Source: Candidatus Micrarchaeota archaeon
Lineage (GTDB): Archaea; B1Sed10-29; B47-G15
Assembly (NCBI GenBank): GCA_003660975.1
Contig: QMVG01000006.1
Location: forward strand, 1 to 46,108
Length of the DNA stretch: 46,108 bases
Reading direction: 5' to 3'
Position numbers and translations under genes: made by a program. Positions 18,222-27,382 of this stretch are shown piece after piece (the stretch's first letter is position 1; each line of letters opens with the position of its first letter). The notes under the pieces are model-generated. The model made no database searches, was not told the DNA's origin, and was given only the letters and a program-made list of their open reading frames with translations.

Positions 18222-19417
18222 AAATGCCAGAGGGTGAGTTTACTCCAGAGTTGATAGAAGAAATGAGATCGAAACGTGGCCTTAAACTCCGGGTAGAGGG
18301 CCATGTCTTCAATGAAGAGGCAACCCGTGGCGCCATTAAAAGATTTGCCGATGGGATAGGTGATCCCAACCCGCTGTGGAGAGATGAAGAGTATGCCAAA
18401 AGAACTCGATATGGTTGTATCGTCGCTCCTCCCTCGTGGGTTTTTAGTGTGCTGGCTGGGATTCAATTCGGATGGAGAGGACTCGCTGGGTTCCATTCTG
18501 GCAGTGATATGGAGTTCTACTTGCCCATCTTAGTAAACGATGTGATAAAACCCGAAGAGACGTTCCTCGATTTCGAAGGACCAAAGCCAAGCGAGTTTGC
18601 CGGAAGGATGGTTGTGGACTATTTCGAAGACAAATATTTTAACCAAAGAGGGCAGCTTATCGCCAAGGTATTGAGGTGGGTTATTAGAACTGAAAGGAAA
18701 AAGGCACGGGAGAAAGGGAAGTATAAGAGAGTTGAACTTCCCCACCAATGGTCTGAGGAGGAATTAAGACAAATAGAAGAGGAAGTTTTAGAAGCAGAAA
18801 TTCGGGGTTCTGAACCCCGATTTTGGGAAGATGTCGAAATTGGACAGGAGTTAAAGCCCGTAGTGAAAGGCCCTCTCGGTATAACGGATAATATCGCTTT
18901 TATCATAGGGGGTGGTGCTCCGGTGAAGCTTGAGGCTCACGAGGTTGCTCTGAGGAAATATAGGAAACATCCTGCTTGGGCATTCAGGGATCCGAACACT
19001 TATGCCTTAGAGCCCATCTTCGCCGTTCATTATAACAAAGAGGCTGCGTTGGCAATGGGCCTTCCATATCCGTACGATGTAGGTACTCAGAGACATTCGT
19101 GGCAGATCCATCTTTTGACGAACTGGATGGGAGACGAGGGGTGGTTGAAGAGAAGCAGGGCGGAATATCGGAGGTTTGTCTACCTCTCTGATGTGATTCG
19201 CCTTACTGGAAGGGTAGTCAAGAAATATTTGGATGAGAACGGTGAACACTGTGTAGATATCGAGACTCATGCCTTCAACCAGCGCGGCGAAGACACAATG
19301 CCGGGAACCGCAACCGTGATTTTACCCTCGAGAGAAGACCCTGAAGAAAAATGGCCTGTTTCGATGAGGATAAAAATCCTAGAAGGACAGGGGGGTAACC
19401 AAGACCATATAGATTGA
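18203..19417 (+). CDS. Tandem hot-dog (MaoC/FAS1-like) acyl-CoA dehydratase/hydratase
   Basis: IKRFADGIGDPNPLWRDEEYA..TRYG..APP; second domain FWEDVEIGQEL, VHY, NWMGDEGWL. Confidence 0.75.
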   Translation: MERIAVKMPEGEFTPELIEEMRSKRGLKLRVEGHVFNEEATRGAIKRFADGIGDPNPLWRDEEYAKRTRYGCIVAPPSWVFSVLAGIQFGWRGLAGFHSGSDMEFYLPILVNDVIKPEETFLDFEGPKPSEFAGRMVVDYFEDKYFNQRGQLIAKVLRWVIRTERKKAREKGKYKRVELPHQWSEEELRQIEEEVLEAEIRGSEPRFWEDVEIGQELKPVVKGPLGITDNIAFIIGGGAPVKLEAHEVALRKYRKHPAWAFRDPNTYALEPIFAVHYNKEAALAMGLPYPYDVGTQRHSWQIHLLTNWMGDEGWLKRSRAEYRRFVYLSDVIRLTGRVVKKYLDENGEHCVDIETHAFNQRGEDTMPGTATVILPSREDPEEKWPVSMRIKILEGQGGNQDHID

Positions 19418-19429
19418 CAGGGGTGAGGA

Positions 19430-20089
19430 GTGAAGGAATATCTTGAATCGACAGAATTCATTGAGAGCGATCATCCTGAAATATCTGCATGCGCCAAAGA
19501 ACTCACGAGGCACATAGAGGAGGAGCAAGAAAGAGTAAAGGCTCTTTTTTATTTTGTAAGGGACAGGATTTCTTTTAGGCCTCTTTTTTTTAATTATCTG
19601 CCTAAAGAGGAATTCAAAGCCAGTGCGATCCTAAAGAGAGGTTATGGCTTTTGCATCATGAAAGCTATTCTACTTATCTCACTCTTGCGGAGTATTAACA
19701 TCCCAGCAAGGCTTATCTTAGCGGAGATCAGACATTATCAACTGCCTGAGACCGTAAAGCTTGGACTGAAAAGCGACGTGATTCTCCATGGCTTCGCTGA
19801 AGGTTTTCTCCAAGGGAATTGGGTAAAGCTTAATCCGACGTTTGACATTAAATATTGCGAGATAATGGATTACATCCCTACGGAATTCGATGGTGAGAAA
19901 GATGCCCTTTTCCACCCTACGGACAGGAAGGGCAGAAAACTGATCGATTATATAAACGTTTTGGGCCACTTTACGGATTTGCCTTATGAGTTCATGCTGG
20001 AGCATATCAGGAAAAGGTACGGCATCCTGGACAGGAGATTCTTCGATAACGTCAATAAGGGCGAAAGCTTTTACAAGGGATGGTCATAA
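19430..20089 (+). CDS. Transglutaminase-like (cysteine protease fold) protein
   Basis: YLESTEFIESDHP, LFYFVRD, GYGFCIMKA, IPARL, HG, WVKLNPTF. Confidence 0.8.
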   Translation: MKEYLESTEFIESDHPEISACAKELTRHIEEEQERVKALFYFVRDRISFRPLFFNYLPKEEFKASAILKRGYGFCIMKAILLISLLRSINIPARLILAEIRHYQLPETVKLGLKSDVILHGFAEGFLQGNWVKLNPTFDIKYCEIMDYIPTEFDGEKDALFHPTDRKGRKLIDYINVLGHFTDLPYEFMLEHIRKRYGILDRRFFDNVNKGESFYKGWS

Positions 20090-20106
20090 ACACAGGAGGT
20101 GAGCAA

Positions 20107-21069
20107 ATGGGAACTGAAAGAAAGTTCATACCGAGGGAGCCCGATGAGTATAACTTCCAAGATATCATCTATGAGAAGAAAGACTGGGTTGCCACAATCA
20201 CTATCAACCGGCCTGAAAAACTCAACACCTACCGTACTGAAACCCTCATAGAAATGGGCCAAGCCTTTCTGGACGCCTCTTGGGACGATTCTATAGCTGT
20301 AGTGGTTCTGACGGGCGCTGGCGATAAGGCCTTCTGCACTGGTGGGGATGTAGATGAGTACGCTACATGTTACACGACGACTCCTCGCGACTTCTGGAAA
20401 TGGGGAAACCTCTTCTGCAGGACTATGGAACTCCTCAGACACATCGGGAAGCCTACTATAGCGAGGATAAATGGTATGGCCGTAGGCGGTGGTAATGAAT
20501 GGCATATAGCATGCGATCTTTCAATAGCTGCAGAGCACGCCCAATTCTTTCAGGTTGGGGTCGGGGTTGGATCTGTGGCTGCGGCCTCATGCTGGTTCCT
20601 TCCTCTTCTCCTTGGGGATAGGAGGGCTAGGGAGATGCTCCTTCTTAATAGGCGCTTGGACGCTAAAACTGCTTTAGATTGGGGGTTGGTGAATAGGGTG
20701 GTGCCATATGAAAAGCTGGATGAAGCCGTCCAGGAAATGGCAGATCAATTGATCAACAAGTTCCCGGAGTGCCTCCGGTACACTCTTCAGCAGGTTAACT
20801 TTTTCAAGGACATCCCTGCCGCCATATTGGGAGGTCACGCTACGGAATGGCTCAGCATTCATTTCACCTCGCCGGAACCGTACGAAGGAATGTGGTCTTT
20901 TGTAGAGAAGAGGAAACCTGATTACATGAAGCTGCGAAAACTTGCTGCTGAGGGGAAGAGCTCAGAATATTTGTGGGGAGCTCCGGTAAAAGCCTGCTCC
21001 AAGTGTGGAGCTAAGGGGTTACCCGGGGAGTTTAAGTTCTGTGGGAATTGTGGGGCAGCGCTTGAATAG
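20107..21069 (+). CDS. oah: Crotonase-family ring-opening hydrolase, Oah/BzdY-like, with a C-terminal zinc ribbon
   Basis: LTGAGDKAFCTGG..EYA..Y, GGGNEW, KFPEC; CSKC...CGNC tail; pathway context. Confidence 0.65.
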   Translation: MGTERKFIPREPDEYNFQDIIYEKKDWVATITINRPEKLNTYRTETLIEMGQAFLDASWDDSIAVVVLTGAGDKAFCTGGDVDEYATCYTTTPRDFWKWGNLFCRTMELLRHIGKPTIARINGMAVGGGNEWHIACDLSIAAEHAQFFQVGVGVGSVAAASCWFLPLLLGDRRAREMLLLNRRLDAKTALDWGLVNRVVPYEKLDEAVQEMADQLINKFPECLRYTLQQVNFFKDIPAAILGGHATEWLSIHFTSPEPYEGMWSFVEKRKPDYMKLRKLAAEGKSSEYLWGAPVKACSKCGAKGLPGEFKFCGNCGAALE

Positions 21070-21128
21070 ATGTAGAGGTGAGTCATAGAGCCGACCGAGG
21101 GTTGTTTTTGCGCGAGGAGGTATCTGTG

Positions 21129-22313
21129 ATGGGTGTAAGGCTGGAAGATGTAGTGATAGTCGGGGTCGGCAGAACTGCAAGAGGCAAATTTGGTGGGACT
21201 CTCAAAGACATGGATGCTGACGATATGTCGGCTGCGCTCCTGCGAGGTTTGTTTCAGAAAGTAGGGCTGGAACCGGGCGTGGTTGACTTCGTCTTTTGGG
21301 GCCAGACCCGGCAGGCCGGTTATGGAGGCAATCCTGCTAGGGCCGTAGCCTTCAAAGCCGGCATCCCGATAGAAGTTCCTGCTTCTACCATAAACATGAC
21401 GTGCATCTCGGCTATGCAGGCAGTGATTCAGGGGATCCGTATGATCATGTTGGGAGACGCTGAGGTGGTCGTAGCCGGCGGAATGGAGAATATGTCGGGT
21501 TGTAACTATATCCTGAAGGGAGCGAGATGGGGATTTAGAAGTGGCCATCAGACGGTAGTGGACGACTTATACATCCCCTGTAGGCTCTGTGGGCTCAATA
21601 TGGTGGCCACAGCGGATAAGTTGGCTAAGGAGTATGGAATTCCAAGGGAGGAGCAGGATAGCTTCGCTTATGAGAGCCACATGAAAGCTATTAAAGCCCA
21701 AGACAGCGGCTGGTTTGACGAAGAGATTATCCCCATCGAGGTCCCCCAGAAAAAAGGACCAGCAATTCTCTTTGATAAAGACGAATGCATGCGAAGGGAT
21801 ACCAGCCCAGAGAAGCTTGCAGCGCTCAAGCCTGTCTATGGAGGGGGGACGGTCACGGCAGGTAACGCCTGTCCTTTGACTGATGGAGCTAACGGTGTGA
21901 TTCTGATGTCGAGAAAAAGGGCTAGGGAGCTCGGCTTTGAACCCCTGGCGTCTTTTCTATCCTACCATACGGTCGGGGTCGATCCCTCAATTATGGGCGT
22001 CGGGCCGATCTACGCAGTGCCGAAGGCCCTTGAGAAAGCTGGCCTCAAAGTGGACGACCTGGATCTGGTGGAATATAACGAGGCGTTTGCTTGTGTCGTT
22101 CTCTTGGGTATAAAGGTCCTCGGGCTGAATCCTGAAAAGGTAAACATCCATGGTGGTGCAATAGCCTTGGGGCACCCTACTGGGAGCACCGGGTCTCGAC
22201 TGATCGTAACGCTTTATCATGCCCTCAAAAGAACCGGTGGGGAAATTGGCCTCGCTACCCTCTGTGGCGGAGGAGGACTTGGAGGCGCAGTGATCATAAG
22301 GAGGGAGGCATAA
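21129..22313 (+). CDS. Acetyl-CoA C-acyltransferase (thiolase)
   Basis: TINMTC, GGMENMS, NEAFA, GHPTG, CGGGG. Confidence 0.92.
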   Translation: MGVRLEDVVIVGVGRTARGKFGGTLKDMDADDMSAALLRGLFQKVGLEPGVVDFVFWGQTRQAGYGGNPARAVAFKAGIPIEVPASTINMTCISAMQAVIQGIRMIMLGDAEVVVAGGMENMSGCNYILKGARWGFRSGHQTVVDDLYIPCRLCGLNMVATADKLAKEYGIPREEQDSFAYESHMKAIKAQDSGWFDEEIIPIEVPQKKGPAILFDKDECMRRDTSPEKLAALKPVYGGGTVTAGNACPLTDGANGVILMSRKRARELGFEPLASFLSYHTVGVDPSIMGVGPIYAVPKALEKAGLKVDDLDLVEYNEAFACVVLLGIKVLGLNPEKVNIHGGAIALGHPTGSTGSRLIVTLYHALKRTGGEIGLATLCGGGGLGGAVIIRREA

Positions 22314-22318
22314 GAGAG

Positions 22319-23059
22319 ATGCTTCTGAAGGGGAAAATTGCTATTGTGACCGGTGGAAATCAAGGTCTTGGTTATGCTATGGCAGAGGAGTTCAGTAGAG
22401 AGGGGGCAACGGTAGTGATTGTTAATAGAAGAGGCGAAAAAGGAACGGAAGCGGCAGAGCGGATAAATAAAACGGGAGGCCGGGCGATTGCTATCCCGTG
22501 CGATATCAGCGACATTGATCAGGTTGCTGGGATGGTAAAAAAGGCCAAGGCACAGTTTGGCAGAGTAGATATTCTCGTAAATAATGCAGGGGTCATAAAT
22601 CCTGCAATGATTCACAAGATGTCAAAAGAACAGTGGGAAGAGGTTTTGTATATCAATCTTACAGGCTATTTCAACTGTATAAGGTGTGTGTGTGAGGTGA
22701 TGATCTCGCAGAGATATGGCAGGATACTGAACATTTCGTCAGTCGCCGGCCAACGAGGCACCATTGGTCAGGTCAACTACGCAGCTGCAAAAGCAGGGGT
22801 ACATGGCCTTACAAAAGCAGCGGCTAAGGAACTCGCCCGCTACAACATTACAGTGAATGCTATCGCGGCCGGCCTTTTTAAGACCGCGATGAGCGATAGG
22901 ATGCCTGAAGATCTGAAACAAAAGGCCATAGATGAAATTCCCTTGAAAAGGATGGGCGAGCCTTGGGAGCTGGCAAAGCTGGCGGCCTTTCTGGTTAGCG
23001 ATAATGCAGCCTATATCACGGGCCAGGTAATCGGGATCAACGGAGGGATATATATGTAA
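22319..23059 (+). CDS. FabG/PhaB-like short-chain dehydrogenase (3-hydroxyacyl-CoA dehydrogenase or 3-oxoacyl reductase)
   Basis: TGGNQGLG, NNAG, SS, YAAAK. Confidence 0.88.
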   Translation: MLLKGKIAIVTGGNQGLGYAMAEEFSREGATVVIVNRRGEKGTEAAERINKTGGRAIAIPCDISDIDQVAGMVKKAKAQFGRVDILVNNAGVINPAMIHKMSKEQWEEVLYINLTGYFNCIRCVCEVMISQRYGRILNISSVAGQRGTIGQVNYAAAKAGVHGLTKAAAKELARYNITVNAIAAGLFKTAMSDRMPEDLKQKAIDEIPLKRMGEPWELAKLAAFLVSDNAAYITGQVIGINGGIYM

Positions 23060-23094
23060 ATTTTTTAACGCCTTTTTACCCGCATAAGAAACTT

Positions 23095-23532
23095 TTGAAA
23101 AACGTGGAAGATTTCATGGAAGTGAGGGTTAGATATAGGGATACCGATAGCACAGGGAGGATCTTTTTCTCCCGCTACTTGGAGTTCTTCGACGATGCCG
23201 TCATCGAGTTCTTCCGTGGGAAAGGAATCATCTTCGATGGTGCGGGTCACCTCTTTCTTGATGGTCAGCAAAAGGAAGCGACCTTCGTGGTGGGGGAGTG
23301 CCAATGCCGTTTCCTGGATGAAACTTTCTTTGACGACCTTCTAGAGGTGATCACGGAGTTAAAGGAGCTGAGCGAGCGGAAGGTAATTCTGGGGTTTACT
23401 TGTTACAATAAGACCAAAGGGAGGATCTGTGTCCAAGGCTCCATGATCTTGGTGTGCTTCGATCCCGTATCGAGACGTTCTGCGAGGGTTCCGGATGAGG
23501 TGAGGGAGAGGCTGTTGAGGGGAAAGGACTGA
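23095..23532 (+). CDS. 4HBT/YbgC-family acyl-CoA thioesterase
   Basis: VRVRYRDTDSTGRIFFSRYLEFFD with catalytic Asp. Start is TTG 23095 or ATG 23116. Confidence 0.85.
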   Translation: MKNVEDFMEVRVRYRDTDSTGRIFFSRYLEFFDDAVIEFFRGKGIIFDGAGHLFLDGQQKEATFVVGECQCRFLDETFFDDLLEVITELKELSERKVILGFTCYNKTKGRICVQGSMILVCFDPVSRRSARVPDEVRERLLRGKD

Positions 23533-23772
23533 AGAAGAGGGGGTTGGTCGTGGGTATTTCCGGGGCTACGGGCCGTTTACGGCGTAACGTTCCTGGAGGT
23601 CTTCAAGCAGATGGGGGTGAAGACCCACCTGGGATGCCAAACCCGCTGAAAGGACCATGCCCTATGAAACAGGTTATATGCCGGCATGAGGGCCCTCGCT
23701 ATTTTTAGCTACGACGTAGACAACGTGGGTAGGACCATCGCCAGCAGGTCATTTTTGGTGGACGGGTGGTTT
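23529..23772 (+). pseudogene. ubiX: Decayed 5' half of a flavin prenyltransferase gene
   Basis: Across frameshifts: LVVGISGATG / VYGVTFLEVFKQMGVKTHL / AERTMPYETGY / RALAIFSYDVDNVGRTIASRSFLVDG, collinear with the UbiX N-terminal half. Confidence 0.8.
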
Positions 23773-23813
23773 CATAGAGTTCAAGGACAAAAATTGCGGT
23801 CAAGGAGGACAAA

Positions 23814-24584
23814 ATGAAATACGAAAATATTATATACGAAAAAAAAGATGGAGTTGCGAGCATCGTGATCAACCGGCCTCCCCTGAATATCCTTACCACT
23901 AATACTATGAGAGAGATAACCAACGCCTATAAGGACGCAGAAGCGACGGCGGATATCAGGATTGTAATAATCAGAGGAGCTGGGGAGAAAGCCTTTGCTG
24001 CCGGGGTAGATGTAAGGGATCACCTGCCAGAAGTGATGCACGACATGCTAGAAGCCTTTGAGGAGATGATGGTGACGATCGCAAACGGGAAAAGATGTTC
24101 CCTGGCCGTAGTGGACGGGATTTGTTCAGGTGGTGGTTTCGAGTTGGTCCTTTGTTGCGACATGATCATAGCCACTGAGAAGGCAACCTTCTCTCTTCCG
24201 GAAATAACACTTTCTCTTTATCCAGGTTTAGGGATAGTCGCGTTGCCGAGAAAGATTCCAATGAACATAGCCTTCGAGGTCATCACGAGCGGAACTCCTA
24301 TAAGCGCCGAGGACGCACATCGCTTGGGGCTGGTTAACAGGGTAGTTCCTCGGGAAAAGGTTGATGAGGAGTTGGAAAAATTCCTTGCCGGGTATAGGGA
24401 CAAAAGTGCCAAGGCTCTCGAACTGACAAGATACGCTTTGCGGAGATCATGGGACATGGAGTTTTCGAAGGCTTTAAAGACGGTTGACGATATTTATATC
24501 GGCCTGGTTATGCAAACTGAGGATGCGAACGAAGGTTTGAGATCCTTTTTTGAGAAAAGAAAGCCAGTTTGGAAGCACAAATAA
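23814..24584 (+). CDS. dch: Cyclohexa-1,5-diene-1-carbonyl-CoA hydratase (Dch/BzdW-like)
   Basis: NRPPLNIL, AFAAGVDVRDH, GGGFEL, PEI, EDANEGL; context. Confidence 0.8.
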   Translation: MKYENIIYEKKDGVASIVINRPPLNILTTNTMREITNAYKDAEATADIRIVIIRGAGEKAFAAGVDVRDHLPEVMHDMLEAFEEMMVTIANGKRCSLAVVDGICSGGGFELVLCCDMIIATEKATFSLPEITLSLYPGLGIVALPRKIPMNIAFEVITSGTPISAEDAHRLGLVNRVVPREKVDEELEKFLAGYRDKSAKALELTRYALRRSWDMEFSKALKTVDDIYIGLVMQTEDANEGLRSFFEKRKPVWKHK

Positions 24585-24604
24585 GGGAAATAGGAGGTGT
24601 GCTA

Positions 24605-25639
24605 ATGGCTAAGATGAAGGCCGCGATCTTTAAGGAAACGAATAAACCTCTTGAGGTCACCGAAATTGATAAGCCTGTGATTGAGGAAGACGAGGACGTA
24701 ATAGTCAAGGTAGTTGCTTGCGGACTATGCCATACGGACTTGGGTTATATAGATTACGGCGTCCCAACTTTCAAAAAACCGCCCTTAGTGCTTGGTCACG
24801 AGCCCTCAGGTATTGTGGAAGAAATAGGGTCAAAAGTCACCAACGTGAAAGTGGGGGATAGAGTCCTCATTGGTCCCATCACCTGTGGGAACTGTTTTTA
24901 TTGCCGTAATGGCAGGGAAAACATCTGCCAGTCAATGATGATGATCGGAAACAATCTTGACGGGGCATTCGCTGAATACGTGAAGGTTCCAGCCAGATGT
25001 CTCGTTAAGCTACCCGAAGAGTTACCTCTCAAAGAGAGTTGTGTCATTTCAGATGCAGTTGTTTCCCCGTATCATGCTGTGAAACGGAGAGCAAAGGTTG
25101 GTCTCGGGGACTGGGTGGCGGTTTTCGGATGTGGCGGTGTAGGGATAAACTGCGTACAGTGGGCCAACTTAGCGGGAGGCCTCGTGATCGCGGTGGACAT
25201 AATGGATCACAAGCTGCAACTCGCTAAGGAACTGGGGGCCGTAGCGATAGTCAATGCAAAGAAAGTGGAAAACGTGCCCAAAGAGGTAAGGAAAATTTCT
25301 GGTGGAGGGGTAGATATCGCTATGGAATGTATAGGAAACCCCGACGTGATCACTCAGGCCTTCGATGCTACAAGGGATGGTGGGAAGGTTTGCGTAGTGG
25401 GATATTCCTTCAAATCCCCCCCTCTTAAAGCCGCGAGATTGATGTACCGGGAGATGGAAATCACAGGGTCAATTGCTGGTTTAGTCTCCGATTATGAGAG
25501 GATCTTTAATTTGATAAAGACTGGTAAATTTAGAGTGGATAGGCTCATTACTTCAAGATATCCCTTGGACAAGATCAACGAGGCCTTTGATGAACTAAGA
25601 AAAGGGGAGGCAATAAGGATTATCGTAGAGATGGAATAG
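24605..25639 (+). CDS. had: 6-hydroxycyclohex-1-ene-1-carbonyl-CoA dehydrogenase (Had/BzdX-like Zn-dependent ADH)
   Basis: GLCHTDLGY..GV.T...PLVLGHE, CGNCFYC..C, GCGGVG; adjacent to dch. Confidence 0.8.
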   Translation: MAKMKAAIFKETNKPLEVTEIDKPVIEEDEDVIVKVVACGLCHTDLGYIDYGVPTFKKPPLVLGHEPSGIVEEIGSKVTNVKVGDRVLIGPITCGNCFYCRNGRENICQSMMMIGNNLDGAFAEYVKVPARCLVKLPEELPLKESCVISDAVVSPYHAVKRRAKVGLGDWVAVFGCGGVGINCVQWANLAGGLVIAVDIMDHKLQLAKELGAVAIVNAKKVENVPKEVRKISGGGVDIAMECIGNPDVITQAFDATRDGGKVCVVGYSFKSPPLKAARLMYREMEITGSIAGLVSDYERIFNLIKTGKFRVDRLITSRYPLDKINEAFDELRKGEAIRIIVEME

Positions 25640-25711
25640 GCCTAAGGGCCTCATTCAGTCAACTTGATGTGAGTTTTTCTTTGTAAAAGAAGGTTGTATA
25701 ATCTTTATTAA

Positions 25712-27370
25712 ATGGCCCAGTTCCTTGAGAATCTGTATGATAAATTAATTGTTGGCCTTAAGGAAAGGGACTTAATGGTCTTCTCACAACAATTTGCCAC
25801 CCTATTAGGGGAGGTTTTATCTTATAAGGGGGCTATAAAATTAAAGCTGAACGCTCAAGGTGAGATGGTGAAAGTGGCAAGTTTCGGCCTTTCCAGCGAT
25901 TATGATGTTTGGAACGCGAAGATCGGGGAAGAGCGTATAAATGAGAAGGTAGTAATAAGCGGGGGTTATGACGAAATAGCAGATCTTTATACTCATCCTT
26001 TAACCTCGCCTTTTAAAGAAATCTATCAACGGGAAGGGATAAGAGCTTTTTTAGCTTTGCCAATAACGACGCCTTGGGGGCGGATAGGGGTTTTAAACCT
26101 TTATAAAAAAGAGGCTGGATCTTTCTCAAACGACTTGATCGATTGCCTTCAAAAACTGACAGAATATTTCGGAACGATTGCATACCTTCTTTGGGAATGT
26201 CAAGAAGAGAAGGAGAGAAAGGAATTACTTAAGCAGAGGTGCGACGAATTGCAAAATTTGAGAAACTTTTATGAGCTAATAATCGATAATATTCCTATTG
26301 GGGTAGTGGCGACCAATAAGAAGGGATATGTGGTTTTGATGAACCAGGTTTTAGAGAAAATGAGCAAACAAAAAAGGCAGCATGTCCTCGGAAGAAAATG
26401 GTACGAGGTATTTGGGTTCTACGGTGAGACGAGGAAAAAGTTAGAGAAGACATATTGGACCGGAAAGACTAACTATTTTCCGGAAATTCACCTGGGCTTG
26501 GTGGATGGCGAGGTCATACCCGTGGAGATGAAGACTGCTGTCATCAAAAACGAAACTGAGGATGTGGTTGGTGTAGTTGCAATATGTTCAGACCTCTCTG
26601 AAAAGAAAAAACTTGAAAAAGAGATCGAAAGAATTGAAAAACTGTCAGTTCTGGGCCAAATTGCGACAGGGGTTGCCCATGAGATTAGGAATCCCTTGGC
26701 AGGAATTAGTGGAGCGCTTCAAAGACTAAAACGGACACTTACCGACAGTCAATCTCAATATATTCTTGAAAAGGTCTTTGATGAAATCGATCGTTTGAAT
26801 GGAGTTTTAGAAAACCTTTTTTCTTTTAGTTCTTCTCAACAACTTTCCTTCAATGAGCACAAAATAGAAGACATATGTAGAGACGTGTTTCTCTTCATCC
26901 AGAAACCGCTGCTTTCCCACAAAATCACTCTTATTAAGAAATTTGACAGGGACGTTCCCGTTGTTTATGTGGACAAGGCATCCATGAAGCAAGTACTTTT
27001 GAACCTTTTTCTTAACGCTATAAAAGCAATGCCGGAAGGTGGAAAGCTGACTATTGAGACAACACTAATAGAGGACGTTAATGAGTTGCCCAAAGGCGTA
27101 TTCTGGCACAAGGATCAGCCGGGGTCGTCCGAAAAGTTTGATGCGCCTTATGTATGCATTGCTGTAAAGGACGAAGGAAAGGGTATTCCGTCTTCAGAGC
27201 TGCCTAAGATTTTTGAACCTTTTTACTCGACCTCTGATGGCATAGGACTCGGCTTATATATAAGCAGCCGGATAATTGAGCAACACAGAGGGTTCATGGG
27301 AGTGGAGAGTGAATATGGGAAGGGAGCGCGATTTTACATCTTATTACCAACGGAAGTAAAATTTATTTAA
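25712..27370 (+). CDS. Soluble GAF-PAS sensor histidine kinase
   Basis: GAF-like FLALPI..IGVLNL, PAS-like IIDNIPIGV, H-box AHEIRNPL, NAIKA, DEGKG, GLGL; no transmembrane segment seen. Confidence 0.9.
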   Translation: MAQFLENLYDKLIVGLKERDLMVFSQQFATLLGEVLSYKGAIKLKLNAQGEMVKVASFGLSSDYDVWNAKIGEERINEKVVISGGYDEIADLYTHPLTSPFKEIYQREGIRAFLALPITTPWGRIGVLNLYKKEAGSFSNDLIDCLQKLTEYFGTIAYLLWECQEEKERKELLKQRCDELQNLRNFYELIIDNIPIGVVATNKKGYVVLMNQVLEKMSKQKRQHVLGRKWYEVFGFYGETRKKLEKTYWTGKTNYFPEIHLGLVDGEVIPVEMKTAVIKNETEDVVGVVAICSDLSEKKKLEKEIERIEKLSVLGQIATGVAHEIRNPLAGISGALQRLKRTLTDSQSQYILEKVFDEIDRLNGVLENLFSFSSSQQLSFNEHKIEDICRDVFLFIQKPLLSHKITLIKKFDRDVPVVYVDKASMKQVLLNLFLNAIKAMPEGGKLTIETTLIEDVNELPKGVFWHKDQPGSSEKFDAPYVCIAVKDEGKGIPSSELPKIFEPFYSTSDGIGLGLYISSRIIEQHRGFMGVESEYGKGARFYILLPTEVKFI

Positions 27371-27382
27371 GATAGCAGAAGG

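Noticed and set aside
17720-18496. 258-aa minus-strand ORF
   Set aside because: Ser/Phe-rich antisense of purine-rich genes; it also overlaps the promoter region.
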